Shown one piece after another: positions 26,093-46,021 of a stretch of DNA of 64,000 nucleotides. The number at the start of each line of letters is the position of its first letter. The stretch's first letter is position 1. The stretch lies in the NCBI RefSeq assembly GCF_009914755.1, contig NC_060935.1; one strand, given 5' to 3'. This DNA is from the human T2T-CHM13v2.0 reference genome, Homo sapiens. The notes under the pieces were generated by a model that did no database searches, was not told where the DNA came from, and was given only the letters and a program-made list of their open reading frames with translations. The translations under genes were made by a program, and so were the position numbers.

Positions 26093-26297
26093 ATTTGTGA
26101 CTACTAGACTGTATACTTCTATATACAATTTAGACTATACTGTATACAATTTGGGACTACTAGACTGTATACTTCTGTATACAATTTAGACTGTATATAC
26201 TGTATACAGTTTGTGACTACTAGACTGTATACTTCTGTATACAATTTAGACTGTATATACTGTATACAATTTGTGACTACTAGACTGTATACTTCTG
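26093..26297. repeat. ~60-bp minisatellite, ~3.4 copies
   Basis: 26161-26220 and 26221-26280 differ at one base; the first copy is 56 bp; rich in GTATAC palindromes. Confidence 0.95.
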
Positions 26298-26820
26298 AGA
26301 GAAGAAACAATTTATCTTGCTCATATGCAGGAAAAAGATCTGCTACATAATAGTTCTCAATTTAAAACCTCCACAAATAGACATTGATTACAAGGAGGCA
26401 AAACTGTGGGTAATTTTAATGTCATATTTTAGGAAATAAATAATTTAGTTTCCATCACACCTGTGTTTGAGAAAAGACGCTTATCCATCGGATTTGGAAA
26501 ATGGGTAAAAACAAGGAAAAGAAAATACTTGACAAAGAGTATTTTGCAGCTATGATGGAACATGGATGAAGAGATAATTTTAATCTAGATAATCCTATTA
26601 TTTGGAGAGTGCATAAATACACGCATTCAGTAAAGAAACTGTTTATATATAGGCCAGCTTTTTCTGTGGCAAGGAAACTAAATATTCTGGGCTACAAAAT
26701 TTTCAAATATATCTCAGTCTTATATTCATGGGAAGAAAGTAGAAGCCCTTTGGATGACCTACGGTTTAGCTGCTACTCAAATTCTATCCCAGCTGTTTTG
26801 TCTCTATGGATGTCTCCAAT

Positions 26821-26873
26821 ATAGTAAATCCTGAATTTACAGATAGTAAATCCTGAATTTACAGATAGTAAAT
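26821..26873. repeat. Perfect 22-bp tandem duplication
   Basis: atagtaaatcctgaatttacag x2 plus atagtaaat. Confidence 0.95.
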
Positions 26874-28379
26874 TCAAAATTTGAAGCAAAAAGTTCATTA
26901 CTGCGCAACTTACTTTTACTTGGGAAAAACTAGTTTTACAGATAATGCGGAATTGGTTAAATGTGACATGGCAACTACACAAAAAGCATTGATTACAATT
27001 TAAGAATACTTGAACATTGGGGGAAGTCAGAATTGAGACGTACGCAGCAGAGATAAAAGTGTGTGAATGTCAGCAAGTTCTACTTTAATCCTGTAACAAC
27101 AAAAATGCATTGCTGGTAGTACCTATTTGAAGCATATGAAGAATAGCAAAAATGAGAGATTATTTGATAATTTGGGAAATTATTTCAGAGAGAGAGAGAG
27201 AGAGAATGTGCGTGTATAAACTTGGGTGAAACTATCAGAGATAAGGGTATAAACTTCCTGTTTTTCACTAATTGAGAATACACAAAATAGGCAGCGAAAT
27301 ACCTTTCACAATTTATCCCATCAAATATTGAAGAGGTTCTCTATGTATCAGTGGTAATTAGGAAGTTTAAATACAAAAAATGAATAAAACTGGTCATATA
27401 TCCTTAAGGAAATCACCACGTAGTAAAGAAGATAAAATTCCAAACATGAAATTTAAGAACTGTACTGCAAGTGCTATGGTAGAAATGTGCACAGGATGTT
27501 TTAAATGTAGAGGTGAGTCAAGAAAAATTGTATAGAGGAAGTTAGGCTTATGCTGACTTACAGAGAAATTCTTCTGACAAAAAAGAAGAAAATTTTATTC
27601 TGTATAAATAAGCAGGGGCAAAGTGGGAAAAAAAGAAGCACAGTGGCCACTTAGGATATAAAAATGAAATCAGTCATCCTCTTCAATGGTCTTATCCAGA
27701 GATTCTTATTAAGTCTGATGTCTTGGTCATGTTTAGGGGCTCCATACAGCATGAACTGAAAAAATAAAAATATGGCTACATTCCAAGGATAGCAACTTAT
27801 CCCATGTATCTCTGTGGATTTTAAAAGAAGATTTGGAAATTAATGCTTCCCTTCTCCCTAGGACAACATCATTTCCAAGTTTATAAATACTGATCAAAGC
27901 AACCAATCAATTAATTATCCAATAAATGTTTACTTAACCATTATTTCAACACATATTTACATATCTTCCAATCTCTGCTGGATTTAAAAATAAAATTGGT
28001 TCTCAGCCCCTGTTTTGACTCCCTAACTCTAAGGTCCTACATGGAATTATATCCAGCTATCCAGCAGCCACGTCCTCAGTGTGTCATCTTCTTAATCTAC
28101 CCTATTGCACCAACCTCCACCACACCCTACCTATCCATATTCCCACATCCTGGAACAGATGAGCATAAGTAAAAGAGATAATGTACACCTGCTGTTTTCT
28201 CATCTTTATCTAATCTCACAGTCTCATGACCAGCCTGCTATCATGTAACCTTATTCCATTTCTCAGATGTTTTATCACTCTAGCTCTGAGTCTATGTTCA
28301 TAAAAGTCTATTCCTCAGGGCCATGCTTCTTCCTGATTCATTTATTTATAAATTAATTTAAAAATATATTTTTAAAATT

Positions 28380-28705
28380 TGTCTTTATTTTTAATTTTTG
28401 TGGGTACATATCATAGATATATATATTTATGGGGTACATGAGATGTTTTGATACAAGCATGCAATGTGAAATAAGCACATCATGGAGAATGGGGTATCCA
28501 TCCCCTCAAGCATCTATCCTTTGAGTTACAAACAATCCAAATGCACTCTTAGTTATTTTAAAATGTATAATTATTACTATCTTCACTCTGTTATGCTATC
28601 AAATACTAGGTCTTATTCATTCTTTCTATTTTTTGTACCCATTAACCATCCCACCTCCCCCCAGTCCCCCACTACCATTCCCAGCTTCTGGTAACCATCA
28701 TTCTA
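28380..28705 (-). mobile_element. L1MA2/3-like 3' end
   Basis: Antisense 3' UTR (tatttatggggtacatgagatgttttgatacaagcatgcaatg...gagaatggggtatccatcccctcaagc). Confidence 0.75.
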
Positions 28706-29058
28706 TCTTCACCTATGCTATATTTTGTATGTTCTAGAAAATACAGAGAGCTAGTCTTGCTCTTTTGCTGTTCACATGTGTACATACATATATAGTCAGA
28801 AATAATAGCTAAAGAGATATGGGATATATTGGTACAATTTCTTCCTCATCAGCTTTCACACTTTACTTTTGCATCTGAGACTTTGCATGGTCATATGTGT
28901 GTGTAGGCAAAAATACAGTTTGAGGTGTTTATCAGTATGAGTGTGTATTCACTCTTCATCTTGACATACTTTCACCTTTCCTGCATCTCTCCATACTAGC
29001 TTGCCATGAGCTCTTTCTCCATCCCTCCTGGTATTTTTCACAGCCTAACCATGATATA

Positions 29059-29176
29059 ACTTACCTTAGTCTCAAAATCTCTACAAAACATCCCTTGGCA
29101 TATTCTTGGGGTACACCATTTATTATGCCAATAGGAGATATTTATACTGTTCTTGTAGCCCCACTTCCCCTGGGAT
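29059..29176 (-). promoter_or_regulatory. Candidate OR52E8 promoter/first non-coding exon: O/E (EBF) site plus consensus splice donor
   Basis: TCCCCTGGGA (TCCCNNGGGA) at 29166-29175 and minus-strand AAG|GTAAGT with G+1 at 29064; would give a ~3.36-kb intron to the AG at 25705-25704. Confidence 0.5.
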
Positions 29177-30907
29177 GGGTACCATAGTATCTTGGAGGCG
29201 TTGATGTAGTATAGTTAATAGACTCTGGAGAATTCCTCTTCTCAATCTCTTCCTCCTTATACTGAAACAATATGGCAAGAGTTTATCATTGTTCTCTTGT
29301 TTTTCCCAAATTTTATATTCATTTACTGACACTGACAGAATATGTTTAATTTCTCACTTCAAAATTAAATTGCCAAACTCTTGGTAAACACTTGGGATTT
29401 TGTCTTTATTCTTCTATCACATCTTCTTCAGTTAGTTCCCTGACTCTCTCTTCTTCAAATTTCTCTTTCTAGTCCTAATAAAATATTTTATTTTCTCATT
29501 TTAAAACCCCCTTGATAGAATTTTTCATGAAATCAATATCTCATCATCTATTCCATTGTACTTTTCTTTATCAATTCATCCACCAATGGACATTTGATGG
29601 CAACTCTCTGGAAATCTCTTCTACAGTGTGCATATCTATTTGACACCACTCAAAGCTTAGTCTTTGTGAACAAGATTTTTGTTGGGCTATGAGTCAAATA
29701 CAATCAGCAGAAATTGTTTAACATCACAGATTTCTGAAGCAGGAATAACAGTGGGAACTAACAAAAGGCTATCCGAAAAATTTAAAAGAAAAAATTGGGG
29801 AATGAATTGATCATAGGGGATTTTTCAAAGCTCTGAAATGTTCCTGAGAAGCTAAAACACACCACATGCGTACATGATTATGAAAATGTCCAGAAAAGAC
29901 TTGAGAAGGCCCTAATCTGTCATCTCTGGTAAAATAATATTAAAATATAGAATGCAAGTTATACTACAAGAAAATGCCTAGTACATTCAAGATGTCATAC
30001 AGACACACATACATAGACATAAACCTAGTGGGATTTTTGTTATGTTGTAGAATATAAACATTTTAATAGCAAAACCCAGAAAATTCCTCATATAAAGGGC
30101 ATTTATGAAAAACCCATGGCTGACATCATACTCAGTGGTGAATATCCAAAGGGATAATTAAGCTTTTCCCCTAAGATCATGAACAAGACAAGGATGCTTG
30201 CTTTTATGACTACTATTTAACATTGTACTGGAAGTTCTTGCCAGAGCAATTAGCCAAGAAAAAGAAAGAAAAATTATTCAAATTTTAAAGGAACGAGTAA
30301 ACTACCTTTATTTGCAGAAAACATAATATTACATGTAGAAAATCATAAAGAATTCACAAAAAACTATTAGAACTGATAAATGCAGCAACTTTGCACAACA
30401 CAAGAGCAATAATCAGTTGTATTTTGCTGAACACTGGTGAAGAAAATTAATGAAGGTCTAAATAAATGGAAAAATATTTATGTTCATGGATTGGGAGATT
30501 TAATACTGTTAAGGTGGTCATTTTCATAAAAGTTATCTATATATCATGTTAAATTCCTATTAAAATCTCAATGTCTTCTTTTGCAGAATGGAGAGAGATA
30601 AAACTAAAATACATATAGAAGAGAAAAGGCCCTTGAATAGCCAAAACAATTTAAAAATGAAAAACAAAAGCGACTCACATTTTCTTATTTTAACACTTAC
30701 TGCAAAGCTATTATACTCAAAAAAGCATGGTGCTGACATAAGAATAGTCATAAAACTCACTGGAATCAAATTGAGAGTTGAGAAATAAACCCATATGTCT
30801 CTGGTCTATTGATTTTGGGCCATGATTTCATGACCATTCAGTGAGAAAACAAATAGTCTGGCTGAGTTTAACACAGCATGATGACTGTAATTAATAATAA
30901 TGTATTG

Positions 30908-35022
<4,115 letters not shown>

Positions 35023-35057
35023 CTGTATATTTCAAAATAGCTAAAAGAGAGGATTTT

Positions 35058-37345
<2,288 letters not shown>

Positions 37346-37508
37346 CTAATTATCATGATTTGATAATTCTACAACATACATATATATCAAAACATCACAA
37401 TTCACCCCATAATATATACCATTATTATTTATCAACTAAAAATTTAATAAAACTTTAAAACAATTGTGCCAGGACAACTGGATATGCACATGATAAAAGA
37501 GGGAATTT

Positions 37509-37818
<310 letters not shown>

Positions 37819-38497
37819 TTAAATAACACTATGTATATACAAAAATTAAAATGAATCAAAAACTTAAATATAACTAAAACAATGAAACTCTTAGAATAAA
37901 ACATAGGGTATGTCATGACTTCAGATTTGATTTCTTACATAGGGCAACAAAAACAGAGCAATGAGTTATAAATTAGTGAATGAAGCATTAAGATCAAAAA
38001 CTTTTGTGAATTAAATAACACTGTAAAGAGATTGAAAAGACAACTCATAGAATGGGAGAAAATATTTGAAAATCACATATCTGTTAAGAGTTTAGTATAC
38101 AGAATATACAAAGAAGGACTCATACAACGCGACCAAAAAAATTGTAAAAACAATTTTAAAATGGGCAAACCACTTCAATAGGCATTTATTTAAAGATATA
38201 CAAATGGCCAATGTGCCCAGGCAAAGATGCTCAATATCATCAGTCACTGGGGAAATGAACATCAAAAAGACAATGACACATCATTGGACATCTACTATGA
38301 TTACTATAATAATTTTAAACATGGAAAATGGCATGTGTTAGAGAGGATGTGATAAATGGAAATACTCATACATTGCTGGCAAGAATGTAAATTGATGTGG
38401 TCACTATGGAATAGTTTGGAACTTTCAGGGAAAGTTAAATGTAGAATTACCATAAGACCCAAGATTTCTATTTCTTAAAATGTACTCAAAGAATTGA

Positions 38498-38818
38498 GGC
38501 CGGGCACAGTAGCTCACACCTGTAATCCCAGCACTTTGGGAGGCGAAGGCGGGCAGATCACAAGGTCAGGAGATCGAGACCATTCTGGCGAACAAGGTGA
38601 AACCCCGTCTCTAGTAAAAATACAAAAAAATTAGCCGGGTGTGGTGGCAGGTGCCTGTAGTCCCAGCTACTCAGGAGGCTGAAGCAGGAGAATGGCATGA
38701 ACCTGAGGGGCAGAGCTTTCAGTGAGCAAAGATCATGCCACTGCACTCCAGCCTGGGCAACAGAGCAAGACTCCATCTCAAAAAAAAAAACAAAAAAAAA
38801 AAACAAAAAAAAAAAAAC
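38498..38818 (+). mobile_element. AluY, older copy with decayed CpGs
   Basis: AluY diagnostics (gagatcgagaccat, gaatggcatgaacc); TSD aa(a/g)gaattga. Confidence 0.9.
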
Positions 38819-40484
38819 AAGGAATTGAAAACAGGTGTTAAAAAAAAAAAACAAAAAAACAAGAATGTTCATAGCAGTATTATTGACAAAAGCCGAAAGA
38901 TGGAAACAACCCAATATCCATCACTTGATGAATGTATAAACGTGTGATATATCCATACAATGGAATTTTATTTAGCCATAAAAAGAAATGACGTACTGAT
39001 AAATGCTGCAACACAGATGCAATTTGAAATCATGATAGGTGAAAGAAAGCAGACACAAAAGCCTACATATTGCATGATCTCATTTACATGAAATATCCAT
39101 AATAAATTGGTAAAGAAAATGCACAGAAATAGAAAGTAGATTACTGGTTTTCAGGGGCTGGAAGAAGAAAAGAATGGGGAGTGACTGCTTAATGGGTACA
39201 GGGTTCACTTTTGGAGGGATGAATATTCTGAAGCGAGATAGTGGTGATAGTTGCCAAAATTGTAAATGCTCTAAGTGCCACTGGATTGTAAACTTCAAAA
39301 TATATAAAATGGTAAATTTTATGTTATATGAATTTTGCCAATGTAAGTAAAGAGTTGCTGGTTATACTGGATACCCAACAGAGCCCAAAGGAATAATCCA
39401 AGCAACTCATAAAATGAAAGACAGGAAGATAAGAAATAAGGAAGGAGAGAAAAAGATAAAATGAGACCTGTTATAAATATTATCTGAAATAACAAGAACT
39501 GGAAATTGAACAAGTAATGGGCACAGGGTTCACTGAGATCTCCCTAGAGCTTCCCTTCATCTGGTGCAATAACAAAGGGGAACTACTCTTCATTTTAACC
39601 TCAGTGTCTCAGACACTGTGGTACTTGGAGACTTTATTAAAACTCTGCTGCGCCAGCAAACACACACAGACATTTCGTTAACATTTTTCAGGGTGCACTG
39701 AAGCTCTATGCTAAACCATTTATATATATTTCAAGAACTGAATGCATAGTTGTTACTTGACTCCTTAAGACAGAGGAAGAAATCTTGGTAAGGGTTTCCA
39801 ATCAGCAACTTTGTGTAATGTGTACTTAAGATTGGAATTTGAATTAACAGAAATTGAGTTAAGACCTGGAGAATCGGGGTGGAGAATAAAATAGTACATA
39901 TCAGCAGTCTAAGAAGAGGTAAGATAAAAAAAACGGGAAGATATTGGGGAGAAAAATATTTGCTGGACACCTTCAATATTTCACGCATATGTGACTTTAT
40001 TTATCCCACTTGATAATAATATCATGTAGAAATTACTATGCTTATTTCTAGAAGAAACTTAGACTCTGAACATAGTGTAACTTATGTAAAGTCAGAAAGC
40101 CAGAAATAACAGAATCAATACTCTATTCCATGTCACAGTGCCAATAATATTAAAAATTCTGTGCTTTTGCTTCTTTTTCCTACACAAAATGCCTTATAAT
40201 GAGATAGTGAGTGATACAGAGAGTGACAAAATTCCATAGAAGGCAAAGAAGAATTGCTTAATGAGCTTGAATTTGTTTATACTTAGAAAGACTATGAATG
40301 TACCCTGTTATAGAAAAGGATACAATATGGTGATTAGCTGTTGGTCTTTCTTCATGCTTCGTATTTCAAATGGATTTAACTGAACTCAAATTTGATTATT
40401 AAGAAACATGAATTTATAACTGAGCCCAAGGCCCATATAAGACATGAGGTAAAAAGCTCACATATAGCAGTAGTAAATAATATA

Positions 40485-41140
40485 TTTGGAACTAAATAAG
40501 CAGATGTGTGCTAAAAAATTTGACTTTACCCAGAGAGAGGTCTGTCCTTTGCTCCTGGCTTCTAGAAGGAAATATACACAATACCTAATAAGAGAGTCTT
40601 TGTTTATTAGACTGGGGATTGGTCACACTAGATCCGAGGGTAGGGACTGGCCATGTCATAAAGATCAACAATACGACTTAGTGTGGGGACTTTGGGTCAT
40701 GTGACACCAGTAAACCTGGAGACGGAGTTCAACCACATTTGCAATCAATCCAGCCATCATACCTATATAATGAAATCCCAATAAAAACTCTGAACACCAA
40801 AGCTTGGGAGAATTTCCCTAGTTGGCAATATGACTTCATGCATATTGTCACACATTAATGCCATAAGAGTAATGCATGTTTACTCCATGAAAGGACAACA
40901 AATTCTTCAGATTTGGACACCTCAGTTTCTTTTCTAAGCATCTCTTTATTTGTCTAATTTTAATCTGTGTCCTTTTCCTGTAATAAACTGTAACTATGAA
41001 CATAATAGCTTTCAGTGAGTTCTATAAGTACTTCTAGTGAATTATTGAAGCTGAGGGTGGTTTTGGAAAACCTCCGAAATTGCAGTTAATGACAGAAGTG
41101 AGGGTAGTCTTCGGGACTGTACCCTTAAGTTTTGAAGTTT
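40485..41140 (+). mobile_element. MER21-like ERV LTR
   Basis: aataaactgtaactatgaacataatagctttcagtgagttct...gaattattgaagctgagggtgg resembles the MER21 family. Confidence 0.6.
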
Positions 41141-42174
41141 AGAGAGCTCCAGGCTAATCTAATTTGATGTCACATTTCTTTAAACTGTTAGCAAGGTCAA
41201 TAGGCTCTTGTAAAAGAACTTCATATGGTGGAAAACCTTCACAGATAATCATTCTCCCTTACCAATTTACTTTAAATTCCCACTAAGGGATACCTTCCTT
41301 CTAGATACCTAGACCCTAGAAAAGGTGTGGATCTGCTTCTTGACTCAATTCTGTTGTATTGTGTTTTTTTTCTAATAAAACACTGTTAAAATTATCATCA
41401 CTTTATAAGAAGACTCAGTGTCTGATAGTGTAAATCCTGCAGATTTTTTCTTCTTTGAAGAAGTTTTGGCTCTTCTAAATTCTCGTATTTTTCCTCATAC
41501 CTTACTTTTCTTTCTTTTCTTTCTCCTTTCACTATACCTGACAGCAAATATTGCAAATATAGAGCCAGATTAATGTTACATATCTGAATTTCAACCTAGT
41601 TTCAAATTTTGAATTTCCTACCTATTAGCTGTAAATGATGGGAAATTACTTAACTTAGCAAAACTTTGCTGTTCCATAAAATCAGATACCAGTAGAACTT
41701 GTGTCATGAAATTTGGCGAGAACTAAATGAGATAATATATGTAAGTAGCAGTAGATGCAAAGACTGAAAAATAGTAGATATCTAATCAATAATAGCTATT
41801 ATTACTGTGGTTCTTATTATCATAAATTTTATTTTCATCAACTCATAGTGTCTATATCTTGAGAAAGAAGGGAATAAGTACATTTATTTACTCTGAACTC
41901 AAAATTTTAGGAGAGACATAGTTCAAGCTTCTACTTGGCAGTTCAGCTTCTCACATTCATGGTGCGGGTAAGGAGTGATACTAGGATTATGTATGGAAAA
42001 TGAAAAGAAGGAGAAAAAAACAAAGGCCTTTACAGAAAGGTATTCTTAATATCAATCCTTTGTTTGAGGATTTGTTTATTTATTTGTTTTAGATCTCAGT
42101 TAAGTCTCGATGAATTGCCCGACGGGAACTGAAAAGAACTTTTAAAGCCATGGCCGCCAGCAGTTGGCAGAAGA

Positions 42175-43113
42175 ATGTCTTCTCCCAATGTCACTGAACC
42201 CCACCTCTCTTCCTTCCTGTTGGTTAGGAATTCCAGGATTGGAAGCTGCACAACGCTGGCTAGGCTTTCCCTTCTGTGTTGTATATCTGATTGCTCTTGT
42301 TGGAAATCTTATCATTCTATTTGTTATCTGGACTGATAAAAACCTTCACCAACCCATGTTCTACTTTCTGGCCATGCTGTCAGTCATGACCTGAGTCTCT
42401 CTACATCTACTATCCCCAAGATGTTGGGCATCTTCTGGTTCAGCCTTCAGGAGTTGTGCTTTGGGTGCTGTGTTGCTCAAGTCTTTTTTATCCATTTTTT
42501 TTGCAGTCATGGAGAGCATTGTACTTCTTGTCATGGGATTTGATCGCTATGTGGCTATTTGCAACCCCTTCAGGTAGACCAAGATCCTCACCAACAGAAT
42601 TATTGGTGTGATTGCTATGGTTGTGGTTCTTAGAAGCTTATGTATGATTGCTCCCATCATTTTTCTCCTCATGAGGCTGCCTTACTGTGGACATAGAATC
42701 ATCCCTTATACCTATTGTGAGCACATGGGAGTGGCTCGTCTGGCTTGTGCCAGCATCAGTGTCAATGTCTCTCATGGTCTTGGGAATATTTTTATCTTGT
42801 TTCTGGATATGTTTCTTATCATCATCTCCTATGCTAGAATTTTATGCACAGTCTTTCACCTCCCTTCCCAAGAGGCCCACCTGAAGGCTCTTAATACCTG
42901 TAGCTCCCATATCTGTGTCATCTTAGCATTTTTTGGCCCAGCTCTCTTCTCCTTTCTCACTCATCGCTTTGGTCATGGCATCCCACAGTATATCCATATT
43001 CTCCTGGCTAATCTCTATATATAGTCATTCCCCCTGCTCTTAACCCAGTCATTTATGGAGTTAGGACCAAGCAAATCCAGGAGCGGGTAGAAAGTCTCTT
43101 TACTAAAAATTGA
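42175..43113 (+). pseudogene. OR52E7P: OR52E-family pseudogene (probably OR52E7P)
   Basis: Full OR reading frame reconstructable from ATG 42175 ([10 protein letters not shown]) to TGA 43111-43113 with five lesions: +1 G (~42222), -1 (~42387), +1 T (42495-42502), TAG (42575-42577), +2 TA (43016-43023). Name inferred from position between OR52E8 and OR52E4. Confidence 0.85.
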
Positions 43114-43425
43114 TTGAATGGGAGAGAATTCATTCAGGTTATAAAAGTGTAAGTCCTAAAAAGACAAAATTTGTGATAAAATTAATAAATTGTTTTTGCC
43201 AAAATGGACCATCAATTTTATACATATATATATTTTATACAGATGTGTGTGTATATTTATTTATTTATACATATGTATGTATGCGTGTATGTTTAAAAAC
43301 ATATTGGCAGCAATTGCTAGATGTATGTGTGTTTATGCATGTCTGAGTGTGTATTTGCAATGATGTTATCTATTGACCCCTAACACAGAATATGCCATAT
43401 AAAAGTAAGTTTCAAGGAGGATCAC

Positions 43426-43705
43426 TTTAATTCACTGAAAATGAAAACATTTTCAGAAATTTAATGCAAATTTTAATTGCAACTTTCTCCAAAAGAGAAA
43501 AAAATTTTTCAAAGATACTTGCTAAGAGAACAAAAATAATAGAAATGTTTTAAAAAGAGTAACAAAGTTTTTTCAGTGAATTAAATGTTTTTAAACCATT
43601 TCTATTATTTTTGTTTTCTTAGCATATATCTTAAAAATTTTTTTTCTCTCTTGGAGAAAGTTGCAGTTAAAATTTGCATTAAATTTCTGAAAATGTCTTC
43701 ATTTT
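43426..43705. repeat. Long inverted repeat: arms 43438-43556 and 43588-43705, 31-bp spacer
   Basis: Reverse complement of the right arm matches the left arm with about 10 differences over ~119 bp (hand alignment). Confidence 0.92.
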
Positions 43706-44553
43706 TCTCTCAGATATGAATAATGGATTGAATGAGCATTGAATTCCAAGTGCAAAATTATTTTTTTTGGACATGATTTTTTTAACATTCACTTTTGCAT
43801 TTGAGATTTCGGATCCCAGTCAGATTATGTTCCCTTTAATCTATGCTCTTTTCTCTATCTCTCTCACTTGAACTTTTATTCTCTTTCTCTCAACTCTTTT
43901 TCTGTGAAATGGTTTAAGATTTTCTTTTTATTTTTTGTGTTCACAATTTCTACCAAACAGTAGTACCTAAGTCCCTACTGGGCCTCTATTGAAACTGTCA
44001 ATATTAAGCCTTAAATAATTTTTCAAATGTAGAAATTTTCTTTATTATTCTCTCCTTCTTTATTTTTATTTCACCTTTTGAAACTTGTATCTATGTCAGA
44101 AATAAATACGCTCAAAAACACCTCGACACAGAAATTTATACAGTATTTTATAATAAATACCCAGTCATAAAATAGCTTTATCAGGTGAGTAGTTGACACC
44201 TCATTACTTTAAGGAATAAAGAATATTAAACTATATATGTGAAATTAAATTGATGATTATTAAAACTTGTGGACATATTTTTTTTTTAGTTACTTTGATA
44301 TTAACTCTTCCCATTGAGTTTGCATGTATTTTGTATGCTAAATTAGTAAAAAAAAATCACTAGGAATGTCATAGAATTGGGTGAAATGATTGTGGTAGTA
44401 ATATTCAAAATTGAATTTGACCTTATCTCGCTTGAACAATATTCCACTTAGGTCATTCAGGTCTTTAAAATGAACCTTAGACTACCATTTTTTATTTTCT
44501 ATTGCCATTTTTGAAAACCATGAATGTGTTGTTTATGTCAATTTTGGCCATAT

Positions 44554-44635
44554 GCAGGAGGGTTACTTAAGCCCAGGATTTCGAGACCAGCCTAGGCAAC
44601 TTATGGAGACCCTGTTTCTATAAAAAATAATAATA
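44554..44635 (+). mobile_element. FLAM/Alu left-monomer fragment
   Basis: gcaggagggttacttaagcccaggatttcgagaccagcctaggcaac plus A-rich tail. Confidence 0.7.
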
Positions 44636-44718
44636 AAATTTTTTAAATTATATTTTTATATACTAATAAAAAATTTATAAATTAAAATCTTGAAAATTAT
44701 ATATTTTTAAATGGCATC

Positions 44719-45430
44719 GATCATTAAAAAGTCAGGAAACAACAGGTGCTGGAGAGGATGTGGAGAAATAGGAACACTTTTACACTGTTGGTGGGACTGT
44801 AAACTAGTTCAACCATTGTGGAAGTCAGTGTGGCGATTCCTCAGGGATCTAGAACTAGAAATACCATTTGACCCAGCAATCCCATTACTGGGTACATACC
44901 CAAAGGATTATAAATCATGCTGCTATAAAGACACATGCACACGTATATTTATTGCAGCACTATTCACAATAGCAAAGACTTGGAACCAAGCCAAATGTCC
45001 AACAATGATGGACTGGATTAAGAAAATGTGGCACATATACACCATGGAATACTATGCAGCCATAAAAATGATGAGTTCATGTCCTTTGTAGGGACATGGA
45101 TGAAGCTGGAAACCATCATTCTCAGCAAACTATCGCAAGGACAAAAAAACCAAACACTGCATGTTCTCACTCATAGGTGGGAATTGAACAATGAAAACAC
45201 ATGGACACAGGAAGCGGAACGTCACACACCGGGGCCTATTGTGGGGTGGGGGGAGCGGGGAGGGATAGCATTAGGAGATATACCTAATGTTAAATGATGA
45301 GTTAATGGGTGCAGCACACAATCATGGCACATTTATACATATGTAACAAACCTGCACATTGTGCACATGTACCCTAAAACTTAAAGTATAATAAAAATAA
45401 ATAAATAAAATAAATAAATAAATAAATAAA
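44719..45430 (+). mobile_element. 5'-truncated L1PA4/5-type 3' end
   Basis: ORF2 C-terminus (ORF 44711..45091), 3' UTR, (AAAT)n tail, TSD taaatggcatc at 44708-44718 / 45427-45437. Confidence 0.95.
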
Positions 45431-46021
45431 TGGCATCACAGAACATCAAATGCTTTGACCTAACTCTAACAAATGATATGCAAAACTTCTAAAATAAAAG
45501 CATAATAATCCTTCAAAGGAACTTTTTAAATACATAAATACATGAAAAGATATACCTAGTTCATGATTTGGAATAATCAATAACCTTTTAAAAACATTCT
45601 CTAAAATTGAACTATATATTCAATGCAATAAATATTTTAATGAATTTGTTTGCTTATTTGTCCTCTTGTTTTTGTTTTCAAAGTGTTATAAACATTTTAA
45701 AAGAAATTGGCTGGAAATCCTGAAGAACAAAATTTTAGGATTTATGTTATTATATTCCATAATTTATTTTATAGTATCACTTATGAAAACTGTGAAATAC
45801 TTGTACAAGAACAGACAAAAAGCAGAACCACATAGTCCAAACACAAAAATACACATGTATAAATGTATAATTTATGACAAACAGCTTTTTAATAAATGAA
45901 GCAAGTTCAAATGAATAGCCAAAGTAAATCAATTATATATTGAAAAATAATTGCCTCTATGTCACTGCCCTTTCAATGTGATAGTTAATATCCTCTCATC
46001 AAGGGGTTAATCTTGACAATG

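Noticed and set aside
26093-26297. Possible CRISPR-like array
   Set aside because: Units are fully repeated with no unique spacers, and the context is mammalian; it is a minisatellite.
42150-42197. Strong-Kozak upstream ATG (gccATGg) before the pseudogene start
   Set aside because: Out of frame with the OR and ends after 15 codons; does not rescue the pseudogene.
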